Of a stretch of 63,852 nt of DNA, positions 13,954 to 25,775 are shown piece by piece. The stretch is from Podarcis vaucheri (Eukaryota). A program made the position numbers and the translations under genes. The notes beneath the pieces are model-generated. The model did not search any database. It was not told the origin of the DNA and saw nothing but the letters and a program-made list of their open reading frames with translations. How positions within the stretch are numbered: position 1 is the stretch's first letter; each line of letters opens with the position of its first letter. Where the stretch lies: assembly GCA_965113315.1 (NCBI GenBank), contig OZ220368.1, one strand, 5' to 3'.

Positions 13954-14095
13954 CTCTTAACCCACCATTGCAGTAGCTGCATTCTGCACTGACTAGAACA
14001 TGTCTTATCTCCCCATAACTATGTATCCACTGGAAGGGAGATAAGACATGTTCTAGTCAGTGCAGAATGCAGCTACTGCAATGGTGGGTTAAGAG
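13954..14095. repeat. Perfect 60-bp inverted repeat with 22-nt spacer
   Basis: 13954-14013 is the exact reverse complement of 14036-14095 (checked base by base). Confidence 0.97.
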
Positions 14096-14289
14096 CAAGT
14101 GCACCAAGACCTCCCTTTACTTGTGTCAGCCACATGCTAAGCTTTGAATAGCATGTAGAAATGATTTCCATAACTCCCTACAAACTGTGGAAATTCTTTC
14201 CCAACAAGACTCACTGATACTTGAAATAGCATTTTTTTCAGAAGCATTCAAGCAGACTTTAAATGGCTAAATTTAAGCATACCTAGAGA

Positions 14290-14420
14290 TACTCTCACTG
14301 TTTTCGTAATTTTAAATTACTGTTACTTTACTGTATTTTAAATATTTTGTTGGAAGCCGTCCAGAGTGGCGGGGAAAACCCAGCCAGATGGGTGGGGCAT
14401 AAATAATAAATTATTATTAC
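14290..14420 (+). mobile_element. L2 LINE 3' tail fragment
   Basis: tgttggaagccgtccagagtggcggggaaaacccagccagatgggtggggcataaataataaattattatt. Confidence 0.65.
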
Positions 14421-15142
14421 ATTGCTTAAATTATTGCTACCACCTACTATGAGCTATAGGGATAGGGCAGGTTAACCATCAGAACTCCCCACTAACACCC
14501 TGGCATTTCTGCCTTCCTTTCAACATCAAATATTAGTCACTGTCAATTCAAATTACTGGAGGCAGCAATAGTATGAGGCAGATAAGTGTTTCTATGAAGT
14601 GAAATCTGATTTCAGGCCACTGCTTGTAACAAGCTAAGCAGTAGGAAAACTTCATTTCACTGCTCTATCAATCTCTTCAACCTTGACCTCCAAGGCTCAC
14701 TCAGCCTAAGAGACTGGAGCAATGTAAGTGCTGTTTCCACACAGGGCAGAGGGCTTGAAAAACCAATCCATTTCTTAGCTCTCTGTTAGCACCCATTCAG
14801 TTATTTGCCTGAAATGCTTTCCAGAATCTTCCACACAAGGCCTGTGGAGAAGTCTAGCAGACAGCAGCCCAGAATACATAATCAACACTGCAAGGACCTT
14901 GAGATCCATTAAAGTGGTCAACTCCTAGACACTTGTGGATCCTACCAGAATCCAGAATGATCTGGGGGATTTAGCTGCTTTTGCCAGTGGTTCAGTCACT
15001 GTGATTTGTAATTGCCAGAGTCACTTGAAAAAACTACTCTTGAGTACCACCTTAACCCAGTGGAAAAAGGCTTCCCTATCGTTTAATGAGATCTGGTCAA
15101 AGAGTGCTAGTAGTTTTTTAAAAAATCAAAATTAATCCACTG

Positions 15143-15505
15143 AAGGGGAAGGGTCGTAGTTCAGTGACAGAACACATTATTTACATGTAAAAGGTCCCTG
15201 ACATTTGCAGGTAAGACCCCTATATGAAACCACAGACAGCCTCAAATATTTAATGTAGACTGACCTTCACCAACCTGGTACTCTTCAGTTTGTTTTGAAC
15301 TACAACTCCCATCAGCTTCAGTCAGCATGGATGTGTTGACTGCACCTGATGGAAGTTGTAGAAAACATCTGCAAAGGCTGATGTGAATAATACTGAGCTA
15401 GTTGGACCAATGATTGACTCAGTATATGGGTTTGACGTTCCTGCATTGCAGGGGTTTGGACTAGATGGTCCTTGTAGTTCCTTCAAACTCTACAATTCTA
15501 TGATC
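15143..15505 (+). mobile_element. Nested cluster: Squam3-like SINE split by a hAT-type MITE (~15260-15380), followed by a CR1 tail
   Basis: SINE head gggtcgtagttcagtgacagaac; MITE core actacaactcccatcagc...tgatggaagttgtag; SINE 3' part atactgagctagttggaccaatg; CR1 end ggactagatggtcc...aattctatgat. Confidence 0.6.
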
Positions 15506-16059
15506 TGTATGCACTTGTCTTACTTATTTCAAATGGGACACAAGCATGCTTAACAGGGTTTCCAGCCCTTCTCCTTTCCTTATCCACAAAATGAAAAACT
15601 TTTGCACCCTGCCCTGTTGTCAAAAATTCATAATGTGGGTCTTATCAAAAATTCTAAATTGTACAAAGCCTATATTTCTCAACTGTAAATGAATAAGCTC
15701 ATCAATATTATACAAATCTACCTGATTTTCATATTTCTAATGGGCGAGCTGAGAGTTTTTTCCAGTGCACAATGCCCCATGTACGAGGTGCTATGTCCAG
15801 AGTCAGGATTTAATTTCTCAAAGAACAAGAACTACTACCTTTGGCATAAATGTGGCCAAGGAGTAGGGTGGGACTTTACTGCTGTGTTATAGATGGGTAA
15901 CCATTTTCTTTGCAAGTAGCTGCTTCCAAAGTTCTTCCTGCCTTGCATCTCACACTGATATGATATATCTGCTTTGAGAAACGTCCTCATCGCCCACCCA
16001 GCACCATGAAGCATGTCCTGTTCCACTCCCAGACAGTACTTTTAAAAGTCCACACTTAC

Positions 16060-16146
16060 TTTAAGACTGCACCTCGAAGCGCCTCTCTCTCCTTGGCTTC
16101 ACCTGGTTCTTCCCCAGTGCATGGAATGATATCTGCCTCTGTGTAT
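16060..16146 (-). CDS. RNF220: RNF220 exon YTEADIIPCTGEEPGEAKEREALRGAVL, 87 nt
   Basis: catgcttag|ATACAC...TTAAA|gtaagt. Phase 2/2. Confidence 0.96.
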
Positions 16147-16793
16147 CTAAGCATGGAGGGTTAAGGAGAGCACAGCCTGATGAATAAGAAGCTTTCACTG
16201 CTTATCCCAAGCCATCAAGGCAGAGCAGCCAAGAATTCCTTTGAGGGATGGGTAGGAACTGTTTGTAGTCCAAGGGCCACATTTCCTTCTGGGTAACTTT
16301 TTCTGGGGCCCACACAGCAGTGGTGAGCAGGGGCAGATGCAAAATGGGCAGATCAATGAATGTGAATGTACCTTTCCACACTAGGCTAGTTTCTACACAC
16401 CCACCCACCCACCATACAAATTCAATATAGTGCACCAATTAGAATGGCACCAGAAATTCTGAAGTACTAAAGAATGCATTTCAAAGACCACAAGGTTCCT
16501 TTCACCACAAGGAACGTGTAAACACAATAACAGCTGTTTGATAATAAGAACAGCAGAGGAGGAAATCATCTCTCCTCAGCGAGGAATCAGATGCTGGAAC
16601 TGGTGAAATTACTACCCAGCTCATGACTAGTAAATAAAGTTGCTAACAGAGCAATTTCAGTGAACAGGGAACTTGTGGAATCCTCTCCTAGCTGAATGAA
16701 AACGTATGAATTAGGCAAGAGCAGCAAGAGTTTTAGTGGCACAGCAGAGCCACAGTCTCTTGGTGGGAGTTCAGCACCTCTAGAAAATGATAC

Positions 16794-16890
16794 TGTGGCT
16801 TTCCATATTCCAGTGTGTCATCTCCATCCACATCAAGGTCAGCATCACTGTCTGGATTCTCCTTGCCGCTGCACATGACAAACCCGGACC
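16794..16890 (-). CDS. RNF220: RNF220 exon GSGFVMCSGKENPDSDADLDVDGDDTLEYGKPQ, 97 nt
   Basis: ttttccttcag|GGTCCG...CCACA|gtatca. Phase 1 in, phase 2 out. DLDVDGDDTLEYGKPQY motif. Confidence 0.97.
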
Positions 16891-18728
16891 CTGAAGGAAA
16901 AGAAAAGATGTACAATGTGTCACCACAGGGCACAGAGGAACAAAATGTGGCCTGGGCAAGTCTAGGGGAGGGGAAAGATGGCATGGGAGAGAGAAAGCAG
17001 TCTTTTAGCTGCATAAGTTTCCAGCAGTCACTTTCCTCCAGGCTCATTTTAGCTATGGTTTGATCCAGGCTATCTCCCTGTCTCAACTGTATGTAATACA
17101 ATGGTAACATTGTATAATTTCATAAGTATGAAGAGAGGTCACGATATATCTTGATCTATAAATCTCTTTCTCTATATAGAGAGACAGAGCGCGCTGGGGG
17201 AGCAAAGAGAATTGTGAGTCATGACACAGTCTGTCAGAGATAAACTGGACTGGGAACCAGCACTGCTCAGCAACAGAAAAAGTGTACTCAAGCCAAAAAC
17301 TAGCAAGTCTGTGATTTATTAGGTTTGTTGCAAGCAGGAGGTGGTAAATGCGTAGAAACATCCAATTAATATGGGAGATGAAAAACACACTCCAGGCTTG
17401 TATACCATAGAAGAATTCTATAGACTCCAAATGCAAAAATGGGGAAGTAAGAAATAAGGGTTCAATGCAGGCTTGATGGACCACACATAAACTGATATGT
17501 AAGACAGAATACTTTTGTGTGCAGGAAGGAAACTGGTTCCAAACACTATCATCACTTCCTTCATGATCTTTACAATTTCATAAAACTGAATTCCTTGCCA
17601 TCCCACCCCACCCCGTGCCCATGCACTGGGTTAGATCACATCACAAAGATTTTAATGAGCAGAGAGCCAAGGGGACAAAGATGTTGTTTACTGGAGGTGT
17701 TTCAAAGAAAGGAGTATATTTAGTATTGAATGGACAGAAGCAAAAATCGAGTGATGTTATAAGGAATATCCCCGTCTCAAATTACCAGAGGCACCCAATC
17801 CTAGTCATAAATCTGGCATCTAGACTTTATGCACAAATGCAAAATCCCTCCATTAACCTTTCATTCCTTTCAGTTGCACCAGCCCCTACGTCTAATATTG
17901 CACTTGCCTGTACTCTTATGGGCAGTCAAAAATTCTGTGCTAGAAACCCAGATTCTGCACTCAGATAATTCAGTGTTATACAGTTCAAATGAAGGATTTA
18001 AAAGCAAAATTGCTTTGTTTACCCACTTTGGGCTGTAGTGTGGAGCTTATTTTTCTACGAGTAAGTTTCTATTTCAATCTCTGAAAATGGAAGGGCTCCA
18101 TTCCTCCTCTAGGAGGAAGGCATATTTTGCAGATTTCCCCTTCACCTTTCAGTGCCCAATGCCATCTCCTATGTTGTTTCAGATGGTCCCCTGAGATTCC
18201 GGAGCAACTTTCCAGGAAGGGGGCATGTTTGGAAAGAAAAAAATCAGCAACCTCTCTCACTTTTGCTCTAGAATACTACTTTCAAAAGAGTTAGCTCAGA
18301 TATTTTCTGCCATTTTGCAATGGTAGTTGGATGCCATGTTTTCAAGACAACACACAATTTGGCAATACAGTTTATAGAGAAATCCTGGCTAGCCTTTGCA
18401 CACCTCCATTTTGCCCACTGTGAAAAATGATAACTAAGTTTGCTAATGTTTGCTCCTGCAGACTTCCTGGGTTTTTGTTTTTCTTTGAAGATGTGCATGC
18501 ACAGGAACTGAAATACCTGCAAAAATGCCCAGAACAGTAGTGGAGGGGGGGAAGGGGGAGGAATGACTGACATAAGGGACAGAAAAATAGCCCAGATACT
18601 TTCCATCAAGTTCTACCCACTGGTGTAGAAAACGGAATAGCAATGAATATTCATGACTGAAAAAATGGAATTTGTGGAAACTTATCTGCTAAAACCCACA
18701 CATAGAAAAACTGGATTTTTGTAACTTA

Positions 18729-19181
18729 CCGTATTTTTCGTCCCATAGGATGCTCCGTCCCATAGGACGCACCTAGTTTTTTTGGGGGGAAATAAAGGGG
18801 GGGAAATTCCCTTTATTTCCCCCCCAAAAGCAGGTCGGGGAAACAGAACCAGGTCGAGGAACAGCGGGATGGCGGCGCTGCGCCTCCCTGCTGTCCCCCG
18901 AGCTTGTGGGGCTGGCCGATGTCTGCCCCGCGCGAGGGGCGCTCTGCATCAGGACGCCCCCCCTGCGGGGCGACAGGCTGCTATCTGCAGCCTAGACATC
19001 CCTGCCGGACCTCCTGTAGGGCTGCCTAGGCTGCGGATGTGTTCCTGAAGCCTGGGTGCGCACCGACCCCTCTCGCTCTCCAAGCTTCAGCAAAAGCCTG
19101 CATTCGCCCCATAGGATGCACCCAGATTTCCCCTTCATTTTTGGAGGGGAAAAAGTGCGTTCTATAGGGCGAAAAATACGG
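18729..19181. mobile_element. Non-autonomous Tc1/mariner-superfamily (Tc2-like) DNA transposon
   Basis: TIRs CCGTATTTTTCG...CGAAAAATACGG flanked by TA on both sides; CpG-rich interior; no transposase ORF. Confidence 0.85.
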
Positions 19182-20513
19182 TATTTATGTCGTAACGCCC
19201 ACATCTGGAAGTACCCCAAATTGCCCCAGATTTTGAAGCCGCCTCAGCAATGGTTTGTCTAGCAAGTACCACCTTTTCAGTTTATTTAGATTTAAAGCAG
19301 GACAGAGTTGCTAAAGACTGTGGTACTTTTCCATGGTTGCCCAAAGAGCATGAGTGCTATTTCACACTGGTAGAGACAATGAGGTCACACAGATACTGGC
19401 CTGCAGTATGCCACTATCAGGTATAATTTAGCTTGTAATTTCTGAAAAGCCCAGCCTCTAAACACACAAGCTTCTTTCTTTCCCACCATCTCTCAAATAC
19501 AAAGCAGAAGTTATGGCCTGACCTGGGCTGTGATCTGAATGCCATCTATATTAAAGATGTAGAACAAGATTTGAGGCTGGAGGAAATCTTGAATAGAAAT
19601 GAATTTCATCTCTGCTTCACTTCAGTAACAGAACTGATACAAAAATGGGGAGAAAGAAGCAGCTTTTAGGAAATCCAATTTCTTGTCCTATATGTCAAAT
19701 TAAGCTATCAGAACACAGTACAAGCAACAAAGGTTTACCATACAGAGACCAGAATCTCCTTTTCACAGTCTGCCAGGTTGTTTTCCCCAAGCTATGCTAA
19801 CCTGCCCAACAAGTTAGTTGACTATAGCCCATAGTACTGTATTTAAGAGACTTAAAAATTGAAATAGGTGGCTGGCCAGAAATGGCCTTAGATATAGGGT
19901 GGGGGCAGGGAGAGAAGAGAAAAGGAAGGAAAGTAAAATATCATACTGACTTACAGAATCACTTGCAAGATTTGGTGATACTGCAGGACACTAGGGGAAT
20001 GTTGTCACTACTTTATTTAACAAAACATACATACCACTTGCTTGCAGCAAAACCTCTAAGCCCTTTACAAGAAGCCTAGAAGGGGTATATACATTTTGTT
20101 AAATACAATAATAAATTTTGCAACCAGAAAATGTAAATTAAGAAAATGTTGCATTACTCATTATGCTTAAAAGTTCTAGTCGCATATCTTTTTTCTTTCA
20201 TACTTTGGAATGCTGTGCATGTATGCACATGAAATTTACTTACTGTAGTCAACACTGTTAGCACCCTAACTTTCTGTCCTCCAGTCAACTGACTTTGCCA
20301 GAGAAGGAAAATTAAGTCTGTAAAGCTTCTTATGCTTCAGCAGCAGAGCACAACAAAAGTGTTATGGGTGGCAGAAGTGGTCTGGAGTTCTCATTGTGTG
20401 GAACAAAACAAGTTCATGCATCTACAGGAAGACTTGATGCATAAACAATCTATCTGCCAGCTTTAGAAAGTCATGGGTCTCTGCTCTACGCTGCAGTAAC
20501 TGAGGGAGATTTA

Positions 20514-20730
20514 CAGTGGTACCTTGGGTTACAGACGCTTCAGGTTACAGACTCCACTAACCCAGAAATAGTACTTCGGGTTAAGAACTTTGCTTCAGGA
20601 TGAGAACAGAAATCAGCGGCAGTGGCGTGGCAGCAGTGGGAGGCCCCATTAGCTAAAATGGTACCTCAGGTTAAGAACAGTTTCAGGTTAAAAACGGACC
20701 TCCAGAAGGAATTAACCCGAGGTACCACTG
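20514..20730. mobile_element. Tigger/pogo-like MITE
   Basis: TA-CAGTGGTACCTTGGGTT...AACCCGAGGTACCACTG-TA: terminal inverted repeats plus TA TSD. Confidence 0.85.
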
Positions 20731-22575
20731 TATTTATTTTTTAATTCCTGAGTTGCCACTGGGTAACATTATAGTATCTCCAGAATCTCAATAGTGACTC
20801 CTACATGGGTGACGCTACCTATAAAAAGGGACCCTGTGCCCAGCATAAGGATGGATATAGGGATGGTTCCAACAGGGTCAGGGCTTTTGTTACACTTTTG
20901 TGTCCCAACTCACTCACATTTTTTCACTGTACAGAGCCAGTGAAAACATGCCAGCAGCTGTTTAAATACTGGAGGTCTAAACCGATTTACATTAATTATT
21001 CATCCCAGGCTCTATTCAAACCAGATTTCTGGACAAGAACCTTTATAAATGAATTAAATGGGGTTTATAAAAGCAAGACAACCCAATAGGATCATAGCTG
21101 CTATGTGTGCACATATGTGCATGCACACGTGCATATGAAGTGTAAAGATCTAAAAAACAACAACCACACTACTAGTCTTTGGCACAAGCACAATTCCACC
21201 CTGAGTGGGGAAAAGGACAGGAAGTCCAAGACAGAGAAGAATTCCAACAAAAATGCTTGAAGGCAATTCCATGACTTCCCTGCCCGTAAGGCTAATGGTT
21301 CTAATATACCCAGGTGATTGCTTCCTTGAGGCAATGCATTTCAGGGAGACCAGACCTCTCCCTTGACATAATCATACTAGCTTTTAGGGTTCAAACCAAT
21401 TTGTCATCCATGTTTATGAATGCATATCCCTTTCTTAATTTGTAGGCTATTTGAGGAAAAGTCTGTACCCATATGAATTTGCCTGGGTCCTGCAGCCATT
21501 AAGATCTATTAACTGGTAGGCATCAGGGTCTTTCTGGTAATGGACTCATACTGCATAAGCCTCTCCTGCTGCCTCCCTGTCAATTCTTAATGTTATCAAT
21601 GAAAGGGTGGTCCTACTCCTTGCTTCAAATTCTAACAGTAAAATAAAACAGAAAACCTTTGCTCTCAGACACTTCAAAGCTTATTACAGTCCTACCACCT
21701 TCTCACTTAGAAAGTAACCATTTATGTAGAGGAGAAAGCTGCAGGATGTGGGATTGTGCATGCATGCATCAATGAAATCCCCAAGCCTCACTCATCTAGG
21801 CTAGCTCACTGCTTTCTCAGTTCCCTGGTCAGCCATAAGCAATCTCATCCTGAACACCACTGGCAACATTTCCCTGGTAGCAGCCAGAAAGCAATGAATT
21901 TTCAAGTCAGGACTTCAGGTGCGGGAGAGAGGAGGTGCATTTTTTTAAGAAAAAAAATTTGCACTGGTTCAGAGAGAATGGTTGGGCTATGCTTGGGAAA
22001 GAGCACTGTTTTGTTTTCAAAAATATATGTGCTGCGTCTGAAGCCTACTTGGAACCTATGCCTGCTGTTCTAGAAATTCTTAAACTTTAGATTGAGCAGA
22101 CTAGTGCTTAGATGTACTCCCTTACATTTCACAAATTCCAGGGCCGTTAAATGGGATACAAATCAGATTCCAAGGCAGAATCTTGGCCAAACCCAGCCCC
22201 CAGAGGGCAGTAGAAGTCATGATTAACTTTGTTCCAGATCAAGTTCCCCCTTTCTTATCATTCAGTACTTTCAAGTCATGCAACCTCCTGTGCGGCTAGC
22301 CCCAGCAATGGGTACCCAGGAGACCACCTTTGAAGATGAAGGTTCCATTTAGTAATGATGTCCAGTAGCAGCTGACAGGGCTATCCTCCAAGAATTTGCT
22401 AAATCTCTGTTAAAGCCATTGGGCATCACCACATTCTTCCAAATATGACTAATCAGAATAAAATGCTGTGTATTTAGGCCCATTTTGATGTCTTCTCATC
22501 TGAGGTGGTTAAAAGAACACAAAGCATGCTATCGTGTTATTAACTAGTATTTATGCAGCAGCTTAAATAGACTCA

Positions 22576-22626
22576 AAGAAGAAGAAGAAGAAGAAGAAGA
22601 AGAAGAAGAAGAAGAAGAAGAAGAAG
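22576..22626. repeat. (AAG)17 microsatellite
   Basis: Perfect trinucleotide run, read directly. Confidence 0.97.
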
Positions 22627-24344
22627 AGAAGTTTTAAAGGGATAAAGCATATTTTTGCTTTCGGATGAGGCAAGTGTATTGCCTCATCACTGAAGTTTAA
22701 AATTATTAAAATTGTGTCGTAAGGCTTCTTAATTCCCAATTTGGCATTCCTTAGAGAAAATAATTTTGCCAACTCATTCTTCCAATCTGCTAGCTTTTGG
22801 CTGAATACCATTTACTTTTGGTGATATAACTAACCCTACTGAAGCTAAAGCAACACCATTTTCTGACAGTCTTAATCCAAGATGCCTGTCTAAAGGTCCA
22901 GACAAACAAGAGTGAGCATGCAGGTCAGACTCGGGAGCCATTAAGCCAAGAAAAAACAAAGTTACTGTTCTGTCTCCGATCCCCATTGCTCTTGTAGGCG
23001 GCTGCTCTGACAAGCAATTCCAGCACCAGTGTTGAGTGGCACCTCTATAAACCCTGTGACAGTTCGGGAGACAAACTCTCTCATCAGTCAGAATGTACCT
23101 ATCAAGATCACTTACCTTGAGAGCACAGTAGCCCTCGAGCACTGTGTACACAGCTCTGCTCTGCCTGGCCTTAGAGCAGCTGGACCCAGCACCAAAATTG
23201 AGTTAATGCTGAACATTCTAGGAGTTCCGAGCAAGAAACAGCCCCACAGAGATATGAGCACAGGACCTTTGCTACGAGTAAAGAGGCCCATTTCACATGT
23301 GTAGAAGGCCAGATCTAAACTGCACACATTAGACAGCTCTCCCCCTCTCTGATTTCCGAGTTTAAAAATGATTATATATGCCTTCCTAAAGAACCATTTT
23401 TCTATAATCTGTTTCCACGGTACTTCTGTATGAGTGCATAAGATATATAGCATGACATAGGTGTTACTGAAATTATAAACACTTTGGGGGAGGAAATAAT
23501 AGAGAACACTGACCTACTACTTGGTATACTTCTAGATTAGAGGGTGTGATGAAATTCATTTACAAGCAAAACAGAAGGGCATCAATAGTCTGTGGCATTC
23601 ACTGCCACAGAATATGATGATATGACAAGCATACCTAGATTAAAATGAATTAATTATCTTATTAATGAAGGTGACTTCAGCATTATTCTCCTGGGTGACT
23701 AGAAACACAACATCTTTTTCCTCTTCCACTCTTGTGACATATTTTCGCTTCCCCCATCCTCTTTTTGCATGCAATGTGTGGGTCTGTTTTTTCAATTATG
23801 ATCAAACTAGAATGTTTGGGATGGGAAGATACATGGCCTTTTACTTCCTAAAAATCTAATGCCTCCCCACTCCAAGTGCAACCTAGAAGCACTGTTTTGC
23901 TAGACATCTGTATGTTTAACAGCACCCATGACTATGCTAGTAAGATAAAATCCCATGCCCTTTAAAAACAAATATATATTTTAGATGTCATACAGAGTAA
24001 GTACTCACATGAATGTTCATTGGTAAAGTGCATAACTACATCTTCCCTGCATTCCATTTCAATAAGTTTATTTTTCATGAAAGAATTTGTATTCCATCAC
24101 TCCAGAACTAAAACCCACATATTTTTTAAAAGATGTAAATATTTTTCCTCTTGCTGCAAAGCCCTCACTAACACCATTGTATTTGTGTTGCGAATAAAAT
24201 TGGGGCTGCAACAGAACTGCACTTCCGGAAGCTGGAAGTGACAATAAGGACTAATGAAACATTCCATATTGCTGTTATATAAGAATAGCTCTACTTTTCC
24301 CCCAACCGAGTCAGAAAAGTACTGATTTGGTATTTGGGAGAAGT

Positions 24345-25120
24345 AATGGACTGGATATGGGTCAATAAATTGAAATTCAATCCAGACAAGACGGAGGTGC
24401 AGAGAGGTGGTATTCAACAAGCTCTGGAAGGGATTAAGCTCTGGAAGGGATTGCACTCTCTCTAGAGGATCAGGTACTCAGACTATGAATGTTTTCAGAT
24501 TCATCATTTGAGGCTCAAGTAACCTCAGCAGCACAAAAGACCTATCAGCTCAAGCTGATAACTGCCCACCCCACCCCTGCCCCTGGAAGTCTAGTCATAG
24601 TTAGCCATGTCCTGGTAAATTCTGGGTTGGATTACTGAAACTAACTTAGAATTCTGAGGCTAAACAGCCAACAGGGGCCAGCTGTAGAGATCATATCTTG
24701 TCTGTCCTGAAAGAGCTTTGCTGATTCCAGGTAACTTTCCAAGTTCAATTCAAAGGGTTGTTCTTAACCTTTAAAGCCCAGCATCCAGGTACCTGTTTCA
24801 CTACTTTATCTTGGATCAATCTGCTCATCTACTGAGATTGTCCTCTGTTGTCTCTTCTCTTGGAGCCCCCACCAAATGGAAGTGCAGCAGATGGTAACAG
24901 AGCCAGTCTTTGCAATGATGGTGCCTTTCCTTTGGAATACCCTTCCCAGAGAGACCTACCTAGCACTCTTGCTACTATCATTAAGGTACCTAGCAAATAT
25001 ATTTCTGTTTTCCTAAAAATATTGGTATTTATAGCTTAGTTGTTGCTTTAGCTTTTCTGCATTAGAAAACATGACTTTAAATTGAGGGTGCAGGGTGTAA
25101 ATGTAAATAAATGAATGAAA
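24345..25120 (+). mobile_element. Highly decayed L2 LINE 3' portion
   Basis: tggatatgggtcaataaattgaaattcaatccagacaagacggaggtg encodes W..NKLKFNPDKTEV. L2-like C-terminal remnants follow, ending in a taaataaatgaatgaa tail. Boundaries approximate. Confidence 0.7.
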
Positions 25121-25511
25121 TTACGCAGAAAGTCCCCATCCCCTTTCTTTCTCACACACAAACATGGACAGCTCATTCCACGCTTTAAATAGTTTAAAGT
25201 CTTTATATACAAGCATGCCCATCTTCTCTAAAAAGATAAATACAGGTGGCGACCAATTTGCATGAGAATTCTGTTCCTGGGCCCTACAAATGTTGGTGGA
25301 GTTCAAAACTACCCAGGCATCAGCAGTCATGAATCAAGTGGATGTGCACACAATTTTAAGTCTGCTTTTACCACAAAGATAGTCAACATATTATTTCACC
25401 TGATTCAAACTTGAAACATATACGGTGTCTTGCACAACTCAATCCAGAGAAACAAAAATATATTCCAACTTTGCTCTTGGGGGGGTTCAGAACCATGCAT
25501 TCAGTAAAGGG

Positions 25512-25775
25512 AGGCCAGTGCTGTCATTAGGCCAACTAGGCAGCCACCTAGGGCACAGACCTCAGAGGGGCGCAGTGCTGACCTTTTAGGGGCACAGTTT
25601 ACAGATTGTTTTTTGTTATAGCTTATGAATTTCTAGTAATATTTTATATTTTGAAGAATTTTATGATTTCTACAATACATCATTTTTTGTAAACTGAAGT
25701 TAGCCATTTTGGGAGGTATGTGTGTGTGCAAGGTTAGCCTTGCCTAGGGTGCAAAATATCTGGCACCAGCACTGA
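25512..25775. mobile_element. PIF/Harbinger-like MITE remnant
   Basis: cagtgctgtc...cagcactg inverted ends with subterminal (g)cctaggg motifs. Confidence 0.45.

Noticed and set aside
22563-22811. Poly-Phe ORF
   Set aside because: Translation artefact of the (TTC)n microsatellite.
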